DNA of 64,000 bases, from the IMG/VR virus record IMGVR_UViG_3300037461_000646, positions 1-64,000 of that record; one strand, written 5' to 3'. The notes under the pieces are model-generated. The model saw nothing but the letters and a program-made list of their open reading frames with translations. It made no database searches and was not told where the DNA came from. The translations under genes were made by a program, and so were the position numbers. Below are positions 25,147 to 33,932 of this stretch, piece after piece. The stretch is from a virus. Its lineage: Duplodnaviria > Caudoviricetes. Position 1 is the stretch's first letter. Each line of letters starts with the position of its first letter.

Positions 25147-28100
25147 AGATCCACCACCCTCAATTTACCATCGATCTCGTAAGTATTGTCAAGGCTTGTG
25201 ACTGCCTTGAATGTGATCTTGTAAGGTGAAGAAGCCACAGCCCCAGCCGGTTTCAATTGGGTCTTGAGCTTGGTCACATCTTGAACCGAAAGCCCCTGAA
25301 CCATTTCTGTTGTGACATCCGTACCGGCTGAATCGACAACAGTTACCGTGCATTCTTCTATTTCAAGGTCTTCGTCTGTTACGAGAACATCCACATAATC
25401 TGCGTAGATCGGGTAAGACTCATTGGGCTGCTTGTAAATGGTTTCTAACGCTGGCTTTCTGTCGCTCACTTCTACCACCTCCGTCCATGTTGAACTAATT
25501 GTATCATGCGTGAATGTTGAGTCAACTGATTCGTGCCTAAATGTCCAGGTTATGTCTTCATGCTCAAAGCCAATGTCGGCATCGGGCACGTAGTACGTGG
25601 TAGAAGTTGTTGACATGGTGGAGCTACTGGTAGTAGTCCATCCAGAAGAAGTGGTCTTGGTCGAGCTTGATGTAGAAGCCGTTGAACTTGTGGTCGTGGT
25701 TGAAGTCGTGGTCGAGTAAGTTGCTGGGGCCAGTATGCCGAACACGAATGGAGCACTATTAATCGGCCCTGTGTACCCAAAAACATTTGTACCGGCTGCA
25801 TCATCGACGTTTCTCTTATAGTAGTGGTAGGCACCAAACTGGCCCCTCAGAGAAGCGTAGACCGTTCTGACAGCCGTGCATCGAACAAAAGCCGACACAA
25901 CAATGGGCTTGTCTGCACTCAGGTCAAAATAAACGTGATCAGAGTAGCCCGTTTCGTTAAAATCAAAGGTCTTGCTGGCAGACCCGTTAAATGTGACTTG
26001 TACCTGACTGCCATCAAAGTCGTATGGATCAGCACCTGAAGCTGCACTGGCATGACCCACATACATATTTTGAATAGTGAAGGGGGAACTTGCAACCGCA
26101 GAGCCTTTGATAAAGACCTGAATATAGTTGCCTGACCGACGAATATATTCAGGTGGAATAACAATTCGATAGGTTCTAAGATCACCTATGTCGAGTATGG
26201 TGTTTGCCGCCGCCTCACCCCAAGCCCACTCAACCGGGGCAAAGGTGGTCGTAGTGCTTGAACTCGATGAGGTTGAAGTCGTTGACGAACTCGTGGTGGT
26301 GGATGAATAGGTCGAACTCGATGAAGCCGTTGAACTGGTCGTGGTGAATGTAGAGCTTGTCGAAGCCGTTGAACTCGATGAAGACGAACTTGAACTTGTA
26401 GTAGTCGTAGAGGTTGTTGAAGCCGTTGAACTGGATGATGATGAGCTTGTGCTTGTGCTGGTGGTACTGCTGCTGCTGGTCGAAGACAAGCTTGTGCTGG
26501 TGGTGGAAGTGCTGCTTGACGAACTCGATGAGCTTGAACTCGTGCTGGTGGTGGTCGTGGTGCTGGTCGAGCTTGTTGAGCTTGAACTCGTGCTGGCTGT
26601 CGAGCTTGAACTCGATGAAGTGGAGCTCGATGAGGTTGTGGTGGTCGTGGTTGAAGTACTTGTCCACCCCAATCGAGTAGTCGTTGTAGTGGAAGATGAA
26701 CTGACCGTTGTGCTGCTCGTGCTGGTAGAGCTTGAAGACGAAACCGTGGTTGATGAAGAACTTGTGCTGCTTGTACTCGTGGTCGTGGTGGAGCTACTGG
26801 TAGTCGAAAGAGTAGAACTGCTCGTGCTCGTGCTTGAACTGGTCGTGGTGGTGTATGAACTGGTACTGCTAAAAGTAGAGGTTGTCGTACTGAAACTTGA
26901 ACTCGATGTGCTGGTGCTGGTCGAGCTTGAAGTTGAGGTGCTTGTCGTGGTGCTGAAACTCGTTGTGGTCGTGGTGCTGCTTGTGCTGGTTGAACTTGAA
27001 CTTGTCGTGGTTGACAAGGTGGAGTATGTCGTGCTGGTACTCGATGAAGACGTACTCGTACTGGTCGTAGTGGAGAAGCTTGTGCTCGTGCTGCTGGTCG
27101 AAGATGAACTTGTTGTGGTAGTTGAAGATGAAGTGGTAGTTGTGGTCGTGGTGTTCGACAAACCGATACTAATATCATCAAGAATGTACTCAGCCACAAG
27201 AACCGTGGTCGATGTTGAGCTTGAGCTTGACGTACTCGTACTGGTGGAAGTACAGGTCGTTGACCCGGTAGAAGTCGAAATGGTTGAAGCCGTTGAACTG
27301 GATGACGAAGAAGAACTTGAACTGCTCGTACTGGTAGAAGTCGATGTGCTTGAACTCGTCGTAGAGAACGTCGAACCTGTCGTACTTGAAGTGGAAGAAC
27401 TGGTGCTTGTAGTTGTACTGTGGGTACTTGTGCTTGAAAAAGAGCTTGAAGACGAACTTGAAGTGGTGGTTAAAGTTGTGGTGCTGCTACTGGTTGTGGA
27501 AAGGGTGGAATACGTTGTTGACGAAGATGAAGAACTCGTGCTTGTCGTAGTAGACAAGGTAGAGGCTGTTGAACTTGAACTGGATGAACTTGAACTGGTC
27601 GTGGTCGAAAATGTGGTACTTGTACTTGTCGTGGTCGAAAGGGTTGAGGCCGTGGTGCTGGAGCTACTCGATGACGAAGTGCTGGTACTCGTGCTGGTCG
27701 AAGTCGAAGTGGTAGAGGAACTTGTCTCACCTGGATATGTACTACTCGTTGTTGAAATCGTGCTGATCGTTGAAGCTGTCGAAGACGATGAACTGCTGCT
27801 GGAACTCGTTGTTGTCGTAGATGATGAAGTGGTTGAAAGGGTACTGGCTGTAGAAGAACTTGTGCTGCTTGATGACGAACTAGTTGAAAGGGTTGAGGCT
27901 GTGGATGAACTCGTGCTGCTCGATGATGAACTGGTTGAAAAGGTGCTGGTTGTCGAAGAGGTAGAGGATGAACTGGTCGAAATAGTTGAGGCTGTAGAAC
28001 TGGTGGAAGATGAACTGGTCGAAAGGGTTGAAGCCGTCGAAGACGAAGAAGACGAACTGCTGCTTGTCGTAGTAGACAAGGTTGATGCTGTTGACGAAGT

Positions 28101-30533
28101 GCTGCTGCTTGAACTCGTTGAGGTGGACGTACTGGTTGTGCTTGTGGTCGATATGGTAGAAAGTGTTGAGGCCGTGGATGAACGGCTCGATGATGACGTA
28201 CTGGTGGTGGTTGAAGTACTGGTAGTTGACGAGCTTGTATCGCCTGGATATGTGCTGCTGGTCGTGCTTATGGTAGATATAGTCGAAGCCGTGGAACTGG
28301 TGGAAGACGATGAACTGCTTGAACTGGTAGAACTACTCGTCGTTGAACTGGTTGAAGCGGTAGATGATGTGCTGCTTGAAGAACTTGAACTGGTACTCGT
28401 AGTCGTGGACAAAGTTGAAGCTGTGGTCGATGTCGAGCTTGAGCTTGAAGAGGTAGAGGTTGTGGTAAACGTGCTGGTTGTTGATTGTGTGGATGCCGTA
28501 GATGACGTTGACGAAGACGAACTGCTGCTCGTGCTGGTGGATGAACTTGTGCTTGTATGGGTACTTGTCGTGGTTGACAAGGTGCTTGCTGTGGAAGATG
28601 ATGACGATGACGTACTGCTGCTCGTGGTGGTGCTGCTACTCGTGCTCGTGCTGCTGCTTGTGGTGGTTGAAATGGTAGAGGCAGTAGAACTGGTCGAAGA
28701 TGAACTCGATGAACTTGTGCTAGTGCTCGTGGAGGTAGATGTACTGGTACTGCTGGTGGTAGAAAGCGTAGAGGCAGTCGAAGAGCTTGAGCTTGACGTA
28801 CTCGTACTGGTGGTTGAAAGGGTCGAAGCCGTTGAGCTTGTGGATGATGAACTCGATGAACTTGAGCTTGTGCTCGTGGTGGTGGAGTAACTCGTGCTTG
28901 TGGTGGTTGACAAGGTTGAGGCAGTTGATGAAGTGGAACTCGATGAACTGCTGCTCGTGCTGGTACTGGTAGTAGTCGATAAAGTTGAGGCTGTGGAAGA
29001 TGTGGTCGTTGAAATTGTTGAGATAGTCGAACTCGATGACGAAGACGAAGACGATGAACTGGTTGTGGTTGATTGGGTTGAAGCCGTTGAACTCGATGAA
29101 GAAGAGCTTGAGGATGACGTACTCGTGCTGGTAGAAGTGGACTGACTTGTGCTCGTCGTGGTGGATATAGTTGAAGCCGTAGACGAAGTGGAACTTGATG
29201 AACTACTTGAGCTTGAAGTCGAAGTGCTGGTACTCGTGCTGCTGCCGGTGCTGCTTGTGGTGGAAGAACTTGTGGTTATAGACGAACTCGTTGTAGAAAA
29301 CGTCGAACTGGTTGATGAAGAACTGCTTGTGCTGGTGGTGGTGGTCAATGAACTTGAGGTGGTGGAACCTGTACTCGTACTGGTTGTAGTGATAGTTGTT
29401 GAAGTGGTTGAAGATGAAGACAGGTGTTTTTCAAAAATAACATCTTCAGTGGGTTGAAACTCTACGTCACCGTCCACAAAAGTGACTTCAGCTTCATAGA
29501 CAACCGAGATCGAAACAGTGGAATATGTTGAACTTGTAATCGAGCTTGTAGTGGTTGAGCTTGAAGCCGTGGAAGAAGTCGTGCTTATGGTTGCCGTACT
29601 GCTGGTATTGGTAGACGATGAACTTGTGGTCGTGGCTGTTGAACTAGTCGTTAAATGTTTTTCAAAAATTGTGTCTTCTGTCGGTTCAAATTTCACATCA
29701 CCGTCAACAAAGGTCACATCTGATTCGTAGGAAACTGAGATTGTGACCGTTGACATTGTGGATGACGTTGATGAACTTGTTGAAGTTGATGTGGTAGAAT
29801 TGGTAGTCGAGCCAGTTGTGCTTGAAGAACTGCTGCTACTGCACGTAGAAGTGGTAGTGGTTGTTGTGCTACTACTAGTAGCATCCACCCATGTAATAAA
29901 GACTCGCCCGACGTTGCCGTTCCCACCAAAAGTGGTAGCGTTGTTACCAGCATACCCACCACCACCGCCACCACCGGGGAACCCACCCGCACCGCCGCTT
30001 CTGCTGCCTGTCAAACCACCAGCACCACCCGCACCACCACCCGCACCGGCAGCGCCTTCTATCTGTGCAGAGGCATTGTTGCCATTGCCACTTGGGAACC
30101 CTGATGCTCCACCGCCGCCGCCATTCGCGCCACCCGTTGCACCACCGGCACCACCCGTATAGGTTACGGTTCCGACCCCAGCAGCACCACCGGCACCACC
30201 CGTGTTGTTTCGTAAGCCTCGCACGCCAAACCGCGCAAGGACTTCACCGTTGTTGAAAGATGAATTGGCACCGTTGTTGCCGTTGGCATTGTTGGCCTGC
30301 GCCCCTATGCCGCCAGCACCCACGACCACGGTGTAATTGTTTCCGGGCGTAACCGTGACATTTGAACGGGAGTAACCGCCACCACCGCCACCACCAGATG
30401 AGCTATTGGCGTTGCCATACCGGGCAGTCGCACCGCCACCACCACCCGCCCAAACCTCAACTTGAGCGGACGTGACACCGACTGGAGCAGTCCAGGTAAA
30501 AGTCCCGGCAGTATTGAAAGTGTTGTTACCCAT
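25143..30533 (-). CDS. Giant Ser/Thr-rich (mucin-like) putative virion protein, 1796 aa
   Basis: Gly-rich N-terminal domain (VEVWAGGGGG), more than 1000 residues dominated by Ser/Thr, a globular domain, and C-terminal IYKQPNESYPIYADY...YKITFKAVT domain of the kind seen in phage structural proteins. No signal peptide. Confidence 0.8.
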   Translation of the reverse strand: MGNNTFNTAGTFTWTAPVGVTSAQVEVWAGGGGGATARYGNANSSSGGGGGGGYSRSNVTVTPGNNYTVVVGAGGIGAQANNANGNNGANSSFNNGEVLARFGVRGLRNNTGGAGGAAGVGTVTYTGGAGGATGGANGGGGGASGFPSGNGNNASAQIEGAAGAGGGAGGAGGLTGSRSGGAGGFPGGGGGGGYAGNNATTFGGNGNVGRVFITWVDATSSSTTTTTTSTCSSSSSSSTTGSTTNSTTSTSTSSSTSSTMSTVTISVSYESDVTFVDGDVKFEPTEDTIFEKHLTTSSTATTTSSSSTNTSSTATISTTSSTASSSTTTSSITSSTYSTVSISVVYEAEVTFVDGDVEFQPTEDVIFEKHLSSSSTTSTTITTTSTSTGSTTSSSLTTTTSTSSSSSTSSTFSTTSSSITTSSSTTSSTGSSTSTSTSTSSSSSSSSSTSSTASTISTTTSTSQSTSTSTSTSSSSSSSSSSTASTQSTTTSSSSSSSSSSSTISTISTTTSSTASTLSTTTSTSTSSSSSSSTSSTASTLSTTTSTSYSTTTSTSSSSSSSSSTSSTASTLSTTSTSTSSSSSSTASTLSTTSSTSTSTSTSTSTSSSSSSSTSSTASTISTTTSSSTSTSSSTTTSSSTSSSSSSTASTLSTTTSTHTSTSSSTSTSSSSSSSTSSTASTQSTTSTFTTTSTSSSSSSTSTTASTLSTTTSTSSSSSSSTSSTASTSSTTSSSTSSSSSSSSTSSTASTISTISTTSSTYPGDTSSSTTSTSTTTSTSSSSRSSTASTLSTISTTSTTSTSTSTSSSSSTSSTASTLSTTTSSSSSSSSSTASTLSTSSSSTSSTASTISTSSSSTSSTTSTFSTSSSSSSTSSSTASTLSTSSSSSSTSSSTASTLSTTSSSTTTTSSSSSSSSSTASTISTISTTSSTYPGETSSSTTSTSTSTSTSTSSSSSSSTTASTLSTTTSTSTTFSTTTSSSSSSSSSTASTLSTTTSTSSSSSSTTYSTLSTTSSSTTTLTTTSSSSSSSFSSTSTHSTTTSTSSSTSSTTGSTFSTTSSSTSTSTSTSSSSSSSSSSSTASTISTSTGSTTCTSTSTSTSSSSSTSTTVLVAEYILDDISIGLSNTTTTTTTSSSTTTTSSSSTSSTSTSFSTTTSTSTSSSSTSTTYSTLSTTTSSSSTSTSSTTTTTSFSTTTSTSTSSSTSTSTSSSSFSTTTSTFSSTSSYTTTTSSSTSTSSSTLSTTSSSTTTTSTSSTSSSSTTVSSSSSTSTSSTTVSSSSTTTTTRLGWTSTSTTTTTTSSSSTSSSSSSTASTSSSSTSSTSTTTTTSTSSSSSSSSSSTSTTSTSLSSTSSSSTTSTSTSSSSSSSTASTTSTTTTSSSSSSSSSTASTSSTFTTTSSTASSSSTYSSTTTSSSTTSTSSSSSTTTTFAPVEWAWGEAAANTILDIGDLRTYRIVIPPEYIRRSGNYIQVFIKGSAVASSPFTIQNMYVGHASAASGADPYDFDGSQVQVTFNGSASKTFDFNETGYSDHVYFDLSADKPIVVSAFVRCTAVRTVYASLRGQFGAYHYYKRNVDDAAGTNVFGYTGPINSAPFVFGILAPATYSTTTSTTTTSSTASTSSSTKTTSSGWTTTSSSTMSTTSTTYYVPDADIGFEHEDITWTFRHESVDSTFTHDTISSTWTEVVEVSDRKPALETIYKQPNESYPIYADYVDVLVTDEDLEIEECTVTVVDSAGTDVTTEMVQGLSVQDVTKLKTQLKPAGAVASSPYKITFKAVTSLDNTYEIDGKLRVVDL

Positions 30534-31218
30534 TCATTATCTCTTTGGGTACTTGCCAACGCCGAACAGTTTCTTGCATTTTCTGAATCTTTTCAGCATC
30601 TGTGATATTGTACGAATGCCAGAAAAATTCAGCCTCACCTAATCCCACTTTAGGCAACAGTTCTTTAACTATTGTGTGTGGGAATCCATATCGGGCAAGG
30701 TTGCGGCTCTTAACGTAATCGTCAACCAGATGCCCATCGTCCATCAATCCGCTATTGCGCTCCCCAACCGTCAAGCGGCAGCAGTCAAGCACTTCCTGCA
30801 CGGTCTGGTCGGTTGGTCGCCAGAAGTCTATTGCGTCCTTGTGAGAGGCAGAGAACCATCCCGTAGTGCCAAGGTTCCGTCCGTCCTTGGCGAAGAACTC
30901 ATCGTAGCGAAAGCGCACCGCAGCCATATCGACCGCGTTGTGCAGCACACTTCCTGCAGGCAGCAACCAAGTAAAATCGATGCACTCAGGATGCACCATA
31001 GCGTCAGCATCGAAAAAGATAGACCAATCATACTTTCTGCCAAGCTGATGTATTTGCAACTTCTCGTACACCACCGGCCACTCTGGAAATTTGCGCCCCG
31101 TGATTTCGATGAACTCCGCGCCGATCTTACCGGCATAGTACTTAAACAATGGGTAGGTGATCTCCCGAATCGCTGGGCAGTAGTCGTTGATGTTCAGCGT
31201 AAACAATGCTCTTTTCAT
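30526..31218 (-). CDS. Glycosyltransferase, GT-A fold
   Basis: YAGKIGAEF, WPVVYEKL, FFDADAMV (DxD). Confidence 0.7.
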   Translation of the reverse strand: MKRALFTLNINDYCPAIREITYPLFKYYAGKIGAEFIEITGRKFPEWPVVYEKLQIHQLGRKYDWSIFFDADAMVHPECIDFTWLLPAGSVLHNAVDMAAVRFRYDEFFAKDGRNLGTTGWFSASHKDAIDFWRPTDQTVQEVLDCCRLTVGERNSGLMDDGHLVDDYVKSRNLARYGFPHTIVKELLPKVGLGEAEFFWHSYNITDAEKIQKMQETVRRWQVPKEIMNG

Positions 31219-31254
31219 GTTTCCTCCAGTATGTGATTTCTGGTTGCGTTCACC

Positions 31255-33924
31255 CTATTTCTCCACTCTTAGCCTGATGTACCCCATGTGATGAAATGGG
31301 CCTGTGTACGTGTGCCAAGTGTCAGCGTTGCACTCTGATATGGTTTCCCCTTTTTTATATTTTACCACAACATTATCTCCAGAGCCATATTTGTTCTGGC
31401 GAATCACAACCCGTTTTCTGGTGTCACTCACTCGCCAAGGTACGTTCATTTCCATGCTGTCGCCTTCGTGCAGTTCAATGGCTTCAGCATCACCAGAACC
31501 TGTGATCTCGCCAGAGCCAGACCAATTATCAGTAAAATTGCGAACCCAAAGCTCTTCAACATCTGTGTCGTGCCCGTAGCAAACCGACCCCATGACCAAA
31601 CCGGCGTATGTGGTCGTGGTCGTAGACATTGTTGATTTAGTCGTACTTGAAGTGGATGTACTGCTTGAACTTGACGATGAAGAGGTGGTCGTGGTTGAAG
31701 TTAATACAGACTCACAACCATCCCAAATATAAAAATTATCCCAATCGACACGATTTTCTGTACCTAACCCACCGTATGCCGAATTAAGAACAAGACTTGG
31801 AGAAACAGAACCACTTATTGTGCCATTACTTCTGCCACTTACATTGCCATTCCACTCCCATCGTGACAATGTGCTATTCCAATAAAAAACAGTTACCAAA
31901 TTAGAAGCATCTCTTACAACTCTGAACTTACCAGTATTGCTGCCTGTGGCGATTGCACCAGCGTTATAATATTCATACCCAAATGACCCAGAAATACCTC
32001 TAAGCCTGATTATGATACTGCCACCCAGTTGCAGTTGTAGATAAGAATTTGTATTGCTCGTTAAAACAGCAGAAAAAGACACACGAATATCAAAAGCACC
32101 CGGCAAACGTGCCTTAGAGTAAGCAATTGAGGTGCCTGTACTGTTGGCACCCAAGCACCGTAACTTGTTTGATAGTATGTATGGGTATTCCCCACTACCT
32201 GACTTGCTTATTGTCCATTTGTCAGCATTGGGTGGGTCGTTATCCGTGCCAGTAAAATCGTCATCCCAATAACAGTATGGGAGAGTCGTTGTTGTTGTTG
32301 AGCTACTACTAGTCGTGCTGCTCGATGACGAAGTTGAGCTACTTGAGGATGAAGTACTACTGGTTGTTGATAGCGTGGTGGATGATGTAGTAGTAGTTGA
32401 GCCGGTTGTGCTGGTAGTGGTTGAGCCACTACTTGAAGTCGTGGTTGACAAGGTTGTGGTTGTGGTCGATGTGGATGAACTCGTGCTGCTCGATGATGAA
32501 CTGGTGAAACTGGTCGAAGTCGAACTTGAAGTGGTGCTGAATGTGGAACTCGATGAGCTTGTCGATGAAAAGCTGGTCGTAGTGGTAAGTGTTGAACTCG
32601 ATGAACTTGAGCTTGTGGTGGTGGTAAATGTGGAACTGGTGGTAGACGAACTCGATGAACTTGAACTCGTTGTGCTTGCCGAAGATGAACTTGTTGAACT
32701 AGATGAGCTTGAACTTGTTGTGGTAGTGGAAGACGAACTCGATGAACTTGAGCTTGTCGTAGTGGTAAATGTGGAACCAGTTGTGGTGCTGCTGCTGCTC
32801 GTTGAAAATGTGGTGGATGTGCTGCTGCTGGTGCTGCTGCTGGTGCTACTTGAACTTGTCGTGGTTGACAAGGTAGAGGCTGTTGAACTGGTAGAAGATG
32901 AACTTGAACTGGTTGACAAGGTTGAAGCCGTGCTTGAACTCGATGACGAACTTGAACTGGTCGAAGTCGTTGTGCTGCTTGAGCTTGTAGTGCTGTACGT
33001 GGTTAAGGGTGGAACAGTTGATGTCGAAGAACTGGATGTGGTCGAACTGGTTGACAAGGTTGAAGCGGTAGAGCTTGAACTAGAAGAACTCGTGCTGGTG
33101 GTTGTCGTGGAAAGAGTCGAAGCCGTAGAACTGGTGGAAGACGAACTCGTACTGGTCGAACTCGTACTGGTAGATGTGCTGCTTGTGGAACTCGATGTGC
33201 TGCTGCTGCTGCTCGTAGAAGTTGATGTGCTGGTCGTAGTCGTGGAAGAACTGCTTGTGCTACTCGTGCTTGACGTTGAAGTGGTTGTAGTAGTCGTGCT
33301 GGTACTCGTACTACTTGAACTTGTGGTGGAAAGAGAACTTGAACTGGTGCTGCTTGAACTTGTGGTCGTTGTGGAACTGCTTGAACTGCTGCTGGTGGAA
33401 CTGCTGCTGGTTGTTGTCGTTGTGGAACTGCTTGAGCTTGAACTTGTCGTGGTAGACAAGGTGGAGGCTGTTGAGCTTGAGCTTGAAGAGCTTGAACTGG
33501 TGCTTACGGTTGAAGCCGTCGAACTGGTGGAGCTACTGCTTGAGCTTGTGGTGCTGGTAGAAGTGGTCGTTGTGGTGGTCGTGGTCGTGCTTGAAGACGA
33601 ACTTGAACTTGAACTTGAACTGGTCGTGGTCGTGGTCGTGGATGAAGTCGTTAAAACCCCGGCACCTTCATGGGGTTCCCAGAAAACATCTTCATCTTGC
33701 CATTTATCATCCTCATCTTTGAAAAAAACGTCAACCGTCTGAGTGACCCCAAGGGTCATGGTGGTTGATGATGATGAAGAACTTACCGTTGAACTTGATG
33801 TGCTGGTGCTTGTGGAAGTCGAACTTGTGCTCGTTGAAGATATATGGGGCCTGAATAAAACATCATCAGATTGAAATTCAGTGTCTTCATCTTTAAATGG
33901 GATAGAGGTGGTTGAAGTTGTCAT
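31255..33924 (-). CDS. Ser/Thr-rich (mucin-like) putative virion protein with lectin-like domain, 889 aa
   Basis: About 500-residue Ser/Thr tract; YWDDDFTG..PPNADKW beta-sandwich-like domain; C-terminal VCYGHD..VEE domain. Confidence 0.75.
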   Translation of the reverse strand: MTTSTTSIPFKDEDTEFQSDDVLFRPHISSTSTSSTSTSTSTSSSTVSSSSSSTTMTLGVTQTVDVFFKDEDDKWQDEDVFWEPHEGAGVLTTSSTTTTTTSSSSSSSSSSSTTTTTTTTTSTSTTSSSSSSTSSTASTVSTSSSSSSSSSTASTLSTTTSSSSSSSTTTTTSSSSTSSSSSSSTTTTSSSSTSSSSLSTTSSSSTSTSTTTTTTSTSSTSSTSSSSTTTTSTSTSTSSSSSTSSSTSSTSTSTSSTSTSSSSTSSTASTLSTTTTSTSSSSSSSTASTLSTSSTTSSSSTSTVPPLTTYSTTSSSSTTTSTSSSSSSSSSTASTLSTSSSSSSTSSTASTLSTTTSSSSTSSSTSSSTSTTFSTSSSSTTTGSTFTTTTSSSSSSSSSTTTTSSSSSSSTSSSSASTTSSSSSSSSTTSSTFTTTTSSSSSSSTLTTTTSFSSTSSSSSTFSTTSSSTSTSFTSSSSSSTSSSTSTTTTTLSTTTSSSGSTTTSTTGSTTTTSSTTLSTTSSTSSSSSSTSSSSSTTSSSSTTTTTLPYCYWDDDFTGTDNDPPNADKWTISKSGSGEYPYILSNKLRCLGANSTGTSIAYSKARLPGAFDIRVSFSAVLTSNTNSYLQLQLGGSIIIRLRGISGSFGYEYYNAGAIATGSNTGKFRVVRDASNLVTVFYWNSTLSRWEWNGNVSGRSNGTISGSVSPSLVLNSAYGGLGTENRVDWDNFYIWDGCESVLTSTTTTSSSSSSSSTSTSSTTKSTMSTTTTTYAGLVMGSVCYGHDTDVEELWVRNFTDNWSGSGEITGSGDAEAIELHEGDSMEMNVPWRVSDTRKRVVIRQNKYGSGDNVVVKYKKGETISECNADTWHTYTGPFHHMGYIRLRVEK

Positions 33925-33932
33925 TTTTCATA

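Noticed and set aside
26341-29730. Long + strand Val/Glu/Leu/Asp ORFs (849 aa and neighbours)
   Set aside because: Antisense shadows. Reverse complements of Thr (ACN) and Ser (TCN/AGY) codons read in an offset frame give only GTN, GAN and CTN codons, so stops cannot occur.
32315-33742. 475-aa + strand Val/Glu/Leu ORF
   Set aside because: Same antisense artefact, opposite the 889-aa Ser/Thr gene.
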